Assembly: GCF_018977255.1 (NCBI RefSeq) | Contig: NW_024704743.1 | Span: forward strand, 76,944,001 to 77,008,000 | Source of the DNA: Callorhinchus milii | Taxonomy: Eukaryota | DNA: 64,000 nucleotides | Direction of reading: 5' to 3' | In this document: piece by piece, positions 1 through 13,139 of the stretch | Position numbering within the stretch: position 1 is the stretch's first letter | Layout: every line of letters starts with the position of its first letter | Made by a program: the position numbers and the translations under genes | Notes under the pieces: generated by a model | The model's database searches: none | The model's input: the letters and a program-made list of their open reading frames with translations, nothing else | Told to the model about the DNA's origin: nothing

Positions 1-570
1 AACGTGCAGAGCAGTGACAAAACTCACCAATGCAGTGATGTTATCCCATCAGTATTCCCTTCTGGCATTACAGTGCAGTATTTTCCCCATAATTTTAAGT
101 GACTATTTTGTAGAAAAACACAACAGCCAATTTGCACACAGCAAAATCCAACAATCATCCACAAATGGCCAAGTTATCTGGAGGATTGTTGGCCATAACA
201 CCGACATGCTGACTATAGTGTAGATTTTGGGGCAAACTGCTCTTGGCTGGTTTCAGGTAATAACCTGACTGCAATCTCCCAATGTGTCAGCACCAGTCCT
301 TTAAAAAACAGAGCATCAGTGGTGAGTAACTGATCCTCAACTTGGGAGAAGCAGTTGGTGACACAAGCCAATGTTATTTTGTACACTGGCAGCCTGTTGG
401 TGGGATCTGAACAACAGGGTAACTGGGAATGATCTCATCTGTTTGATTTGGATTTAGGAATTCCAGCTTTCTTGGTGATATAACGTTGGTTCCTCAATAT
501 TAAATCAACTAGTTCAGGGTGAGGTGAGCTGACTAGAATTCAGCAAGCTGAGACATGTGTTAAGTGGCAT

Positions 571-863
571 GTGAGAGACCTGAGTTCTATTCCAGGCAGG
601 GCGAAGTTTCCTTACTTGGGCAAGTTTCCTTACTCAACACGCCTAATAATAATCCCTCCAACAAAACAAAACAATAATAAATTGGTCATTTTCAATCCAC
701 TGTCTGTGGGACATTGCTGTGCGCAATTGGCTGCCGCGTTCGCCCACAAATATACAGTCAATTCATTTGACAGTATATTCTGTGAAGTGCTTTGGGATGT
801 CTAGAAGACGTGAAAAGTGCTATATCAAATGCAAGGTTTATTATTATATTATTATATTATTAT
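571..863 (+). mobile_element. SINE family A (tRNA-Ala head, Deu-like core, L2-type tail), 5'-truncated
   Basis: Box B-like GAGTTCTATTCC, core TGTGGGACATTGCTGTGCGCAATTGGCTGCCGCGTT and an (ATT)n tail; aligns by eye with the copies at 9450, 16568 and 18463. Confidence 0.9.
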
Positions 864-1789
864 GTTACCAAACAACTCAACGTGTTTGCTAGATATGAGA
901 AGATTTCCATACATTTTATTTGTGCTGCACATTAGCATTTTAGATAGATGGCATTGTGTGATGCAACACCAGCTGATTATTCTCTGGGGGAAGGGGTGGG
1001 AAAGAGGAGGGGGCTGGGATTTAAAGTGGTGTCTCCGTGAAGTTGAATTGGCTCCATGAACATGACAACTCTAGGATCGCTATCATTTGTTTTTTGTGTG
1101 TCAGAGCTGAGAAGTAGAACATCAAACAATGTTCCTGCTCTTGATTGCTATCATGATCATCTACTGGGAAGTTCATGTGTGGACTTTCAGCGAAGACAAA
1201 ACAGTGCTTGGTGTGGTTACATAGCCTGTTGACACCTCTTGACTATGCTTAGAGTGAAAACTGGCAACAAGTCATTGTATCTGTGGACCTGCCTGAGTTT
1301 CTGCCTTGCAGTGTGAAATTGTGTGGGTAGGGGGGATTTTTCATCAATCACAATTACCAACTTACCCTTCATGCTTAGAAAGTTCAATAAGTAGATTTCC
1401 ACAGTAGTAAGAATTAGCAAGGATATTTGGAAAGACATTAAAACCAGAATTATTGTCATCAAACAACAGTAACACCCATTCATTCCAAAGTGGAGCAGTC
1501 CAGATCCTGTTCTACATTACAAATAAATTGCTATAGGTTATTTATTCTAGGTGAGGGACCTAGATTCTGAACTTTATTTCCCTGATTGCAACCTCTAGAT
1601 AGACCCTGGGATCAAATACAACTGTTAAACAAAAAAGGTTGGAACATGGTCTACAGGCTACTATTTAAAACCAAACTCTATCACATCAAAAATGGAACGA
1701 TAAAGCTTCAGCTGGGAGCTTAATGTTCCTGGAGGGGCACCCTCTCCTTCTGGCTGCTTAGTATTTCATACATTAGAGTCATAAGAGCA

Positions 1790-1970
1790 ACATAGAACCA
1801 TAGTCCTTCATGGCACAGAAGAAGGCCATTCAGCATATGTGTGACAGCTCGTTGAAGAACTATCCATTCAATTCCATTTACCCTCCTTTTCCCGTTGTAA
1901 ATAGCTCATTTATAGATATCTATATAGTTCTCTCTTGAAAGCTAATAAGGACCCAGGATCGACCACTGCA
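1790..1970 (-). mobile_element. CR1-type LINE 3' end, degraded
   Basis: Reverse complement resembles the CR1 tail at 26400-26485 (GCTGAATGGCCTTCTTCTGTG...CTATG). Confidence 0.65.
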
Positions 1971-1977
1971 CCAACCA

Positions 1978-2282
1978 GGTTAAACTGATGTCCTATCTAT
2001 CTGTTTACAACAACTTGAAGTGGATTTCAGATCAAGTGGAAGGACCCCATTGCACTATTTGAAAATAGAAGGAAGTTCCTCCTGATATCTTGGCCAACAA
2101 TCCTCCAGATAAAATTGGTCATTCAGTTCATAGCTGCTGGTGGGACATTAATGTGTGCAAAATTGTCTGTCACATTCGCCTACGAGTTCACATTAAATCC
2201 TGCGAACCGTTTTGAGATGTTTTAATCAAGTGATAAAGTCCTTGCTGTATAAAATGAAAATATTATTATTATTATTATTATC
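1978..2282 (+). mobile_element. SINE family B (older Deu-domain SINE), 3' part
   Basis: Body/core (CTTGGCCAACAATCC...TGGGACATTAATGTGTGCAAAATTG) and (ATT)n tail shared with other B copies. Confidence 0.75.
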
Positions 2283-3984
2283 TAATATTGTAATATTTAA
2301 TTTAACACCAATTATTGCAAAGTGTGGTGATAATTAACCACAGCATTAATTACACAATATGACAAATTTTACCCATTGATTCTCTAAATTGGAATTCAGA
2401 GACATTCATTGGCCAGTTCAAGAAGGTAAGGCTTCAGATGCCTCAGTAGAAAATAATCAGAGCGTAAAGGAATCGGATCCAAATCCAGGTTTGCTCTAGC
2501 TTCAATCTTCACATCTGGTAAAATAACAAAATCCCCACAGCCTGATTCAAACCAGAACACATGTGAAATGTTAATTTATCAATATTTTCACTGTTGTTTT
2601 AATTTATATTTTATTCCTTGGCATTGTGTTGTAACGCTCACCCTCTCCTGCTACTCACTTCATTTAATACTATGAGATAATATAACGTAATAATTGCTCT
2701 TGGTGCCACTTTATCATATTTTCCAAAAGGCTGCTCCAGCATTGACATCATGCTTCCCAGCACTGACTTGAAGAAAAGCCTTCAGTGGCCTCTTGTGTGC
2801 ACAACCAACTGAAACTTTGCCAAAAGCATAATTTCAACACCATTAGTGTTACCTGAACAATTGCAGCACATTAAAAAGACCAGAGTGAAGAGACCCTGCA
2901 GCCAAGCAAGATGACTTCATGCTGCAAAAGGCTTCCCAATACTCGAGGCACGTCTTGAAACACAGAGAACAAGACATGAAGGGGCAATTTGTGCTCCCTT
3001 GTGCATCAGGGCTATTTGCACTTTGCAATGTGTTTCAGCACCATTTTTAAGAGTATATTGTATTCTGTACTCATGCCGTGCCTACCTCTGAATTTTTGAA
3101 AGGTCCAATGTGTAACACGAATCCAAAATGTGTATCACACGGTTTTAAACTGCGTGCCATATCCAAGTTCATTGGGAGGTTAATGTGAACAAAATAAAGC
3201 ATCCAATTGTTTGAATTGATAAAAGGGTTAACAGGATTCTTTTTCGACAGCTGAGAAGCTTTGCTTAAGAGTCTCCAGTTCCAGTTACCAAGAACTCACA
3301 GAGGCAAAGTCTCTTTAGGCCAGTTCTAAGCAAACTTTCCTGAGGGAACCCACACTTGAACACATACACAAATGGACACATCCTATAACCATAGAAGCAG
3401 AGGTTTATCAGAAGCAATAGCATTCTAAACCTCAATATGTACATCGAGAATAGTAGCCAACTAAAACTATGCATGCAGTAATACAATACAGTTTATATAA
3501 TACCTTTTACATTGGGAGGATGTCACAAAGCACTTGACACTCCTGGCTTGGCACCCAAGCTAGTAATTTAATAGTGTGATGTACTGATACACATTCCACC
3601 AATTAGAACCACCTTCCCCATTGGAGCATTGGTCTGGAGGGTTAGTAAAAGCTGAATGGGATGAATTTTTATTGTCCCCAATAAAATATCTACCCCTTTA
3701 CGTCCCATTGCTAAGCTAGAGTGGTTGGTCAATCATCAATATTGTGCTGAAGTATCTACATATCAGATCACTGAGTCTACCATCACATGACTCAGTTCCT
3801 CGCTCATGTCTCCAGGCCTGTCACTATCAAGCCAGCTCATATACAAATAAATCCAACTTTGAGATGACAGGAGGAGGAAGAAACAATGAGTACAGACTTT
3901 GAGTTTCTAAAGGTTATGTTTGGCAATGGCAATGGAATGAGCCAACTGTCTGGCAGTCTTGGTGATACAGGTGGGGCCACAGTA

Positions 3985-4355
3985 CTCCAGGGCACTGCTA
4001 ATGACAGCACAGTCACTGGGGTCAGGGACTCTTCCCACTCAGCTGCCATTAACCCAGCAAGCCAAAGCCCTAATGGGTAGGGTGGTCTAGGTGGACAAGC
4101 AGCAGGAAAGCTTGCTAGACGGCGATATAAATGGCAAGCTAAGCGGTTTTAGCTGCTTAGACTCCAGCAGTGCCTCAATGCACACTCTGGGGTCCCCAAG
4201 CCTTAGCTGTTGCTAACCTGCGCCTAATACTTTCCAGAGTTAGGTTAGTAGAATGCATCTCACCGGGGAGAGAGTGCACATTCCATTACAATTAACATCT
4301 TTGGAATTTCCATGTGTAGGTGGGATGCATGTAATTCTTAGTATAGTTTGGATAT
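3985..4355 (+). mobile_element. Family D (unassigned LINE-like element), 3' UTR copy
   Basis: GGGTAGGGTGGT...CAAGCAGCAGGAAAGCTTGC and downstream sequence recur at 6205-6362, 16980-17395(-), 21605-21760(-) and 42045-42235. Confidence 0.75.
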
Positions 4356-4514
4356 TTTTAAGCATGATGATAGGTGTATGCATGTGTCAGACGCTCAGTT
4401 GACCTAAATAAAAAAATTCCAGATGGACTGAACTTCTGTAATCTACTATGTGTAAATCATAACTATAATTTGTAACTCTATTTGGGGAGGAAACATCTTT
4501 TGTAAAACTTTCAT

Positions 4515-4895
4515 AATAATCTTTACATTTAATATAGCGCTTTTCAGATTGGGAGGATGTATGTCCCAAAGCACTTCACATGATTTCCTGTTAAATAGAG
4601 TGACTGCAGGTCAATATGACAGCCAAATTGTGGATGGCAATGTCCCACACAAAATCTTATTTGGGGAATTGGTTGGCCAGGACATTGGGAAAAACTCCCT
4701 TCCTTTTTGAACAGTGCCATGAAATCTTTAAGATTCACCTGAACAGGCATACGGGACCTTAGTTTAGCATCTCATTTGAAGGATGGCACCTCTGACAATC
4801 CAAAACTACCCCATCACTGGATTGAATGACATCTTAGCTATGTGAGTTCCAAGTCTTGACATGGGGCTTGAACCACGATCTTCTGATTTAGAGTC
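4515..4895 (-). mobile_element. SINE family B
   Basis: Reverse-complement box B (GGTTCAAGCCCC), body GAGGTGCCATCCTTCAAATGAGATG, Deu-like core and L2-like tail. Confidence 0.8.
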
Positions 4896-5624
4896 TCGTT
4901 TAGGTATTAATCATTGTATATAACTTGTACTCTTGTAAACCTTTGATCCATTACAAAAATGCAGTTTTGGAAAAGAAAACTATGCAGCAGTGATGAATAG
5001 GTCCAGGGAGATGTCTGGTTCATAGAAGTGGACAGGAAGAGGTTGGAGAAACACGCAATGTTTCATAAAAATGGCCCTGGGAGAGTTTGAGCAAAGCTGT
5101 AAAAATGAATAAACACTGCTTGGAGGTGTTGGTGCAGGCTGGAAAAATCAATAAAATGTATTTGAAGAGCTGTGGAATGTGGATAAATGGTATTGAAGGT
5201 TTCCATTTACTGGCTATGTTTACATTTATTGGATCTTGAAGAGGTCATGTAGCCTCTCCACTTCCACATTACAGATTAATATTCCCTGTGGCATATATTG
5301 TACTGAAATAATGAATCTTGCTATTATGTCCCAATTCAAAGATTAAACATGCAAAGAATTGTAATCAATATCACCGTCGATTCACCTTGATCTGCTACAG
5401 GTAGTCTGATATTTAAAGTGTGATTGCCACAAACCTTAAGTTGGTGACTCACAATTTTGAAATCCCAAATCTCGAAAGTAAATCAAAAACACAAAGTGCC
5501 AATATCTTATGAATAGCCAGAGGGGAGATGGAAGTCCCATGATGCAGTCCTATCTTCACACACTTTGCCATTGAATGAGAATGGAGTCAGGGAAAGCAGG
5601 CATGAGCGGCACATGCATGTGGGT

Positions 5625-6362
5625 CTATTTGCTGCTCCCTTGACCCCATTGTGACTGATAGTACCTCCATCCACCTAGTAGGGGTTCCAACCCGCATTTG
5701 TTGGATGCCAAATGACCAACTAGTGATGATCCTTCTTGGGAGGTAAATGGGGTCTCTTTGGAGCTAAACTGTGTCTGTGGCGATCTCGGTAATCCAGTTC
5801 CTGAGCCAGGGTCCACAGAACTCTAAGACACTGCAGATAATAATCCTTCCATTTGATATAATGCCTTATCATGTCTTCGAGATGTCTCAAAGCACTTCAG
5901 AGACTAGACTGCAAAGTTAATTGACTGTATATTTTGTGGGTGAAACCCGGCATCCAATTGCGCACAGCAGTGTCCCACAAACAGTCGTAGATTGAGTGAC
6001 CAAATTTATTATTAGTTTGAAGGAATTATTTCACCCGGAAAAGCGATCTGCCGAATGACTAAGAACCGGGTTCCTACTTACTGCTAGATAAATAGAGGCG
6101 TGTGGAATAAGGAAACTTGCCCAACATTTCGCCCTGCTGGGAATCAAACCAAGGTCTCTCACTTGCGGGCGAGCGCTCTAACCACTGAATTACAGGACTC
6201 CACAGATGAGAGCACAGCCAACCTGACTCATCGGCAGAACTTGAAAGGTCAAACCAATCACTGGGCAAAAGCACACTTCCCACTCGGCTCCTGTTAACTC
6301 TGCAAGCCACAGGCCTTGAGGGTAGGGTGGTTCTAGCTGAACAAGCAGCAGGAAAGCTTGCC
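5625..6362 (+). mobile_element. Family D copy interrupted by a SINE A
   Basis: 5660-5830 and 6205-6362 match the reverse complement of 21605-21990 collinearly. Confidence 0.75.
5839..6202 (-). mobile_element. SINE family A, long variant, full length
   Basis: tRNA-like head, ~60-nt long-variant segment, core and tail; flanked by CAGAT direct repeats (5834-5838, 6203-6207). Confidence 0.9.
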
Positions 6363-6824
6363 ACACAGTACTGTGACTGACATACAGCACTATGTCACGT
6401 GCTTGCCAAATACCTAAGACGAGGTTTGCCAAACACATTTTCGTGATTAGAGTGCCCTGTTAATATTGTTTAAGAAATGAGTGCCAATGACAATATCAGT
6501 GAAGCTATTGACCTCAAATTGAGAGACAGCTGAATTAATATTAGCTGTAGCTATTGACCTAGAAATGATTCTACATCAGCTGTACTAAGCCTTTCTGTTA
6601 ATTCAGGTCCTTCACACCAAGACTCAATACTACTCTTCCTTGCCACCACTACAAAGATTCCAACAAAACTCACTGCTTAAATAATCAAGCAAAAGGCAGC
6701 GAAATACAGAATAAAAGGAAAAGAAGATCTGTTAATTATCTGAGGAGAAACACTCCCTCAACTTCTATTGTATTGTCCAGGCTGCTTTACCTCAGCTGTT
6801 CTCGGTTGGGATTCCGACTACTTC

Positions 6825-7215
6825 CACCCCTTCACCTCTGCTAAATCATCCTTCTACTACAAGTTAATCTTGCAGGCCAAGGACAACCCCAGGCTCCTCT
6901 TCTCCATCACCGGCCAGCTTCTCCCTTGCAGGCCAAGGACAACCCCAGGCTCCTCTTCTCCATCACCGGCCAGCTCCTCCGTCCACCCTCTCACTCCTCG
7001 CCCATCCTCTCCTCCAATGCTAACTGCGAGGAGATGCCGGAATTCCTTGGGACTAAAATCAAAGAAATCCATTTAGCCAACTCTACCGTCCCAACTGCCA
7101 CCCCCTCCCCATCTTTCCCTCATACTCCGGCCCCTACCCATCCCTCCCTCCACACCTTCAAACTTGTCTCCCCCTCCTCACTCACCACTATCATAATCTA
7201 CATGAAACCCACAAA
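6825..7215 (+). mobile_element. L2 LINE ORF2 internal fragment (linker upstream of RT)
   Basis: Translates as AKSSFYYKLILQAKDNPRLLFSITGQLL...EFLGTKIKEI...FKLVSPSSL...MKPT, typical of the L2 ORF2 tether; C-rich like the L2 at 18220. Confidence 0.75.
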
Positions 7216-8719
7216 ATCGAGCACATTGGAGTCAGTCTGAACCTTTTCAAATCACACTGTGCTAATTCTTTAATGGCTATTTTTGTTTACAGTTACAGAG
7301 CAGCATCCAGGAAATTTAATTTTTAGGACAAAAAGCAACTGCAATTGCTCATATTACTCAGTCTAGCAGCTTTTCAGCCCATTGTGGCTGTGCTGGATAT
7401 TTCAAAGAACAATAAATTTATTCCCGAATGCCTTTTCCCCAAATACCTTTTTATGTGTCTAGTTAATGAATTATGCTACTTTTATATTATAAATTTACAT
7501 CTAGTGCCAAGCATAATCTGGAGCCAAGTTCTTGCAAGTAGTCCACTTTATGTCCTGAGGAGTTTTTTTTTCCAGTGGGTGGCATGTTTACACTGTTGTT
7601 TTGCTGACAAGTACTTTTTCAACCTCAGATTGTATCCTGTCTTGATAGAGCAGGTGACTAGTTTATGATACCCTGTCCCTGTGACTATAAACTGTTCTCT
7701 ATCATTACTGGAGGTGGAAACAGTATAAACCAGTGAACAGCACCTGAAGATTTTAATACCTTTTGGGTGCTTACAGAATAATAAGGTATATTTACATAAC
7801 ATTCATTCATTTCAAGACCTTTATTTTGGTGCTTTGGTTATTACAGTGTGATACACTGTAACTAGATTAGCAATGATTTATCAGAGCCATAATATGGCAA
7901 AAAATACCTGTCAACAGTATTTATGAAATGCTTAAAAGTGGTAACTAAAGGAGGTATGTGGAGAGACAAGTCCGAACTCCTTATTAACACTTGCGGAGTA
8001 TTATTCCAGCTGTACAGGAAAAAAACATTCTGAGAACTAATAAAATGGTATACTGTGTGACAAACAAAGCACAAAAGGGCGAAGTTAGACATAACGAACC
8101 AGCTGGAACTCAATAAACTCCTAAAGGGGAAAAGATGATAAAGATGGTGATAGGAAAAATACTTAAATAATAGGAGGGCTATGCTAGGACCTGGAGAGAT
8201 TGTCTTCTCTCCTTCATTCATTCTAACTTTGTTCATGCTGGGTGGCCAAAATAATAGACCAATGTCTGAGTAGCCAATAGCTTTCACTGTTATGCAAGGA
8301 GGTGTTAAAGAAATTCTAATTGGAAATAAAACTGCTTTACAAAAAGTGAGCTGTTGACAGAATTAAGCAACAACTGTGTCAAAGGAGTATAAAAAGAATC
8401 AACCCACCAGTGCTGTCAAAACCTCCTCAGACTCCTCTGAGCTCAGTGTTTTCAAAGAGAAATTTGATAATTGGCAAGGATCCTAACCATTTATCCCCAA
8501 GGTGAGGGACTGCTCTCATTTAGATAGAGGTTAGTGAACATGTTTCTCTGATAGTTGGATTGATTTATTTCCCTGCCCAGATCTGGTTGATTCCTTCTCT
8601 CCTCCCACCCTCCTCCAGTGGTGGAGTACGGTCTTCATTTAAGGCAAAATCAAATTTGGTGTCCCAAAGGATATATAGCTTCCCCATATTTATTGCCTAA
8701 AATATCATGAAGGATAATC

Positions 8720-9116
8720 TTGCAGTTGATATACCACATTATCACATTAAAATATTTCAAGACTTTTCTGTCAAGTATTGTGATTGTATTTGTTGGTGAA
8801 CATGACAAGGAGGTTTGTACGTAGCAATGTCCCACAAACAGCTGTAGAGAGAATGACCAATTTCTTTTTAATCTGTGGGATTGTTGGTTAGGACATTGGG
8901 AGAAACTCCCTTCTTGTTTCAAATAGTGTCAAATGTCCACCTGAATAGGCATACAGTCCCTTTGTTTAATGTCTCATCCAAAGACAGTACGTCTAGTGCT
9001 TCTACCAAAACAACGATCCCCAAGCACTATACTGGAATATCAGCCTAGACTGACATCTGGCTTGAAGCCACAACCTGCTGACTCAGAGAGGAGAGTGCTG
9101 CCAACTGAGCTAGTCT
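8720..9116 (-). mobile_element. SINE family B
   Basis: Reverse-complement head GCTCAGTTGGCAGCACTCTC...GAGTCAG...GTTGTGG; body and core as in other B copies. Confidence 0.8.
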
Positions 9117-9449
9117 GAATCGAATGGCCTTTCTGACGAGGTATTGGAACATAGATAGTTCCAGTTGAGTTGTATTCCAGACAACATATTCAGGAGAGGA
9201 GGGGGAAATTTTGCAAGAATGTATATGTATATTGTAGAACTAAATGAGAGCCTGGTATTTCCAGCAATGTTGATGGCTTGCAATTCTCAATCCTAAAGGT
9301 TCGTAAGCACGATTATTTTATAGTGATAGTGGTTGTAGGAATTGAAAAAAGTGGAATGGGACAAAATAGATCAACAAGCAGATGGACAATATGAAGAAGG
9401 AATCACGGTTAATGCCCGGATAGAACAATAATTTCAACTGAATATCTAT

Positions 9450-9777
9450 AATAATAAAATAATAATAATCCTTGCATTTGATATAGCGCTTTTCACGTCG
9501 AGAGGACGTCCCAAAGCGCTTCACAGAACACACACTGTAAAGTGAATTGACTGTATATTTGTGGGCGAACGCGGCAGCCAATTGCGCGCAGCAATGTCCC
9601 ACAAACAGTCGTAGATTTAAAATAACCAATTTATTATTGTTTTTGGTTTTGGAGGAATTATTATTAGGCTCTGTATGGAGTAAGGAAACTTGCCCAAGGT
9701 TTCGCCCTGCCTGGAATTGAACTCAGATCTCTCGCTTGCAAAGCGAGTGCTCTAACCACTGAGCTACAGGACTCCAC
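9450..9777 (-). mobile_element. SINE family A, short young variant, full length
   Basis: Box A TAGCTCAGTGG, anticodon arm CTCGC-TTTGCAA-GCGAG, box B, core and (ATT)n tail; 8-bp TSD ATATCTAT (9442-9449, 9778-9785). Confidence 0.95.
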
Positions 9778-10627
9778 ATATCTATGGACTTTTAAGATAA
9801 TTTTGCCTATATGTTTAACAATAACAACAAATTGCATTTATACAGTGCCCTTTCACATCAGGAGGATATCCTAAGATACTGGACAGTCAAGGGCTTTAAA
9901 AGTGAACTGCCATATTCAGAGAATCCCTTGAATTAAAAACCCACTATTAAATGGCAAGGATATCAAATAACGGGTAGAAAATGTTCCATACTGCTGAGAA
10001 TAACACTTAAGGCTGAAAAATTGAACTGAGCAGTAGGAATTTTTAAACTACCGATTCCAGACCAAAATGGGCACTGTTTGAAGTTCAGATACAATTGAAC
10101 CACATTATGACATGGAATTTGGGTTCATGCCAAAGAGCAAATTATAATGAAGTGTAGATTATAACAAAGGCCCCATTAATTTTTATGAGAAGTATTGTGT
10201 ACAGTATTGATTTCAAAAGCATACAATGTAAAGGATGATGTTTAAAAAGCATTGAATTGGATTTGCCCCACATTTGTCATTTTGTTCAGCAAGTTAAGCC
10301 TCTTTTTGCCTTTTCCAAACCTCTATGTCATGCAAATCCTGGCTGGGACATCGAGGTAGGAACTACAGTCAGGCTTCAACCTGCTTGTCGTGATCCTGAC
10401 ACTTCCTTCCTGAGGGAAGTAATAGTTGTCTGCTTTAGAGCCTTCTGTCAATAGCTAGACTGGAAGTCAGTGTATTGGTAATCCTGTGGGGCAGTAATCC
10501 ACATCCTCTTATTCTTTGACATTACACCATGGAGCTCTAATGGATTGTACATCTGTGCTGCTAAATGTGCCCTTTTTAAATAACAAATACATTTCCTGCG
10601 TATTAGTTGGTCATTTTAAACTGTGTG

Positions 10628-10805
10628 TATCAGCTTGGCTCAGTGGTAGCACTCTGAGTGAGAAAGTTGTGGGTTTAAGCTCCATGTTGCAACTTGGAAT
10701 CACATAGTCTAAGTTGACACTCCAATGCAGTCCTGGTGGGATGTTGCATGATCAGAGGTGCCATCCTTCGGATGAGACATTAAACGATTGCCTGGTGGAT
10801 GTTAA
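10628..10805 (+). mobile_element. SINE family B, 5' half
   Basis: TGGCTCAGTGGTAGCACTCTGAGTGAGAAAGTTGTGGGTTTAAG head and GAGGTGCCATCCTTCGGATGAGAC body. Confidence 0.75.
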
Positions 10806-10811
10806 AAGCGG

Positions 10812-11010
10812 TTTGGATGAAGACGGCCCTTCAGACCATTTAATCTCATCCTTCCAGATACCTGCCCTACCATCCTCTCATTAAAGCATCAAATTCTTTC
10901 TAAAGTGAGTCCAGGATCCTGGCCTCCACCACCCTTCCTGGTAACCCATCACATAACTAATTCATCTCTATGTATAGAAATATTTCCTGATATCAAGCCC
11001 GAAATTGCCT
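10812..11010 (-). mobile_element. Old CR1 3' fragment
   Basis: Similar to 46160-46700(-) and to the reverse complement of 51965-52210. Confidence 0.55.
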
Positions 11011-12199
11011 TCATACATGGCAATCTTTGGAGCTGACTTCTCCTTGGACTGGATTTGCCTTCAGTGTTCAGATACAATGGCAGGCTTCAAGTCGCTGCCA
11101 CAGACTGATTTGATTGACTGATGGAAATTTAACCAAGAAATAACTTTTCATCCAATTTCAAGCAGGAGATTTTCCAGTTACATAAAGGTTTCTCCCTACA
11201 ATCTGAATTTGTTCTCTGGCTTTTCTTCAGTAGCAGGTATTGGTTAAACCTCACTCAATTCAACTGAGCTTGTTGTGCACGTGAAAAACACATACTGTAG
11301 TACTAGCAAACCAGAGACATACATATGCTTGGAATTCATAAAGAAGTCTCATTCTACCTGTAAATTGATCTGAAAGTGGAAAACAGCAGGGAAACAACAG
11401 TGTGAAAACAGGAACCCAAACCAGATATGAAAACACCACAATATTGGAAATATTGGAAATGATGAGTGAAGAACACAACAAAATTAGAACCATAGCCAAC
11501 AGAGAGAGATACATGGAAATATTTTGTATTTCTATCTTTTTTTGAAAAAAAGTTTAAAATTCAGAAGTAATGGAATCAGCTGTATAAGTGCTGCAAACTT
11601 AAAACAGAAACAGGGAACCACATCAGCTGTGGTGCTGCAATACTTCTTTTGATCTTCCAATACCAGATGTCTATTGGAAGATCAAAGAAACGTTTGAGAC
11701 CTTGCATGTAGTGGTGCTACAGCCAGGCTAATATTGTGACAGTTTATTATGAGAGAGAGGATTGTACCTCACAACCCGCACACAACCAGCAAAATATTTT
11801 TTCTTTATTCTTTGGATGGTAATCTTAAAGTCTGCATATATTGCAGGATTCCAACGTTAGTGTATTATTGATACAATATTTCTATAACATTAGCAACCTA
11901 AATTCCACACAACCTTTCAACATCAAAACGGCAGTAAACCTTTTCTTGTGTAGCTTGCCCTTAAAGCAATGACCTCTGTTTATTTGCTGCAGACAGTGAG
12001 TTTATTTCAACATGATATTAAATTCTAATGTCTACTTGCTTATGTTTTGACCTTGGAAATGTATTGATGAATCCAAGGTCCATGTGTATATGTTGCAACA
12101 GGAAGCATTTACATACAAGCATTGGAATTTCAACTGTAAACACATCCGTGGCAATTTTTGTGTTTAATAAGGAGATAAATCTTGCAATAAAATTACAGT

Positions 12200-12470
12200 C
12201 CCTCCTGCACGTACCTCTCTCCCTCACTCCTCAAAAGGTGGTCATGCTTTCAGTCACTATGAGCCAAAACTCTGGAACTCTCTGTTTCAATCCTTCCGCC
12301 ATGGCCCCTTCTTCTCTATCTTCAGATCACACCTGAAGACCTTCCTTTTTGACTGTGCCTATGGTCACGTTCTCTCTCTCTAACTCAGCATCAAGCCTTG
12401 CCACCATTAAGCGATCTGAGATGCTACCTTGTATGAAGGCCGCTGAATAAATGCAAGTTATTGTTGTTGT
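12200..12470 (+). mobile_element. Old L2 3' end
   Basis: CTCTGGAACTCTCT...CACCTGAAGACCTTCCTTTTTGAC and TAAATGCAAGTTATTGTTGTTG tail. Confidence 0.7.
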
Positions 12471-12619
12471 ATAGTGTAAACAAAGTCAGAATTAGACAAA
12501 GAACAGTATCAAGGGACATAAGAACATTCCTCCATATTTCTTAATACCAAATACAGTAACCTGCCTAATACCCATATTAATTCCCCTCCACTACCATTCA
12601 TAAAATCCAGGTCATCCAA

Positions 12620-13072
12620 AACTCAGCCACCCGCATTCTTACCCGCACCAAACTCTGCTCCCCAATTACCCCAGTCCTTGCCAGACTGTACTGGCTTCCT
12701 GTCCGAGAGAGGATCTACTTCAAGATCCTCACCCTTGTCTTCAAATCCCTCCACTCCTCTGCATCCCCCACCTCTCTGACCTCTTCTCTCCTCACAACAG
12801 TGTCCGTTGCCTTCGCTCCACCGAGTCTGGCCTCCTCCTTGTCCCCCGAATCCATCGGCAGCCGTGCCTTCAACAACTACGCCCTGAGGCTCAAGCAATC
12901 CCTTCCTCACTTCCTATTTTCAGGTCTCGGTTGAAGACTTTTCTTTTCGACCGCGCCTTTGGTCACCTTCTTCCCCCTCCCCCTGGCTCGGCCCCGAGAT
13001 CCATTACTGTGAAGCGCTCTGAGATGCCGTCCAGCGTGGAGGGCGCTATATAAATCCAAGTTGTTGTTGTTG
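12620..13072 (+). mobile_element. L2 3' fragment
   Basis: Collinear with 19620-20218; ends AGCGCT...GGCGCTATATAAATCCAAG(TTG)n. Confidence 0.8.
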
Positions 13073-13139
13073 ATTGGGATAGGCCAATTGTGGTTATGAA
13101 AAAAGATATCAGATCTCTGGTTGCGAAATGCAATTAAAA

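Noticed and set aside
1366..1512. Minus-strand GG|GTAAGT donor with open frames upstream
   Set aside because: The acceptor is weak, the peptide is unrecognisable and there is no other support.
9700..9777. tRNA-Ala-like sequence (also at the head of every full SINE A)
   Set aside because: It has boxes A/B and an anticodon arm but no proper acceptor stem, and is always fused to the SINE body and tail. These are SINE heads, not tRNA genes.
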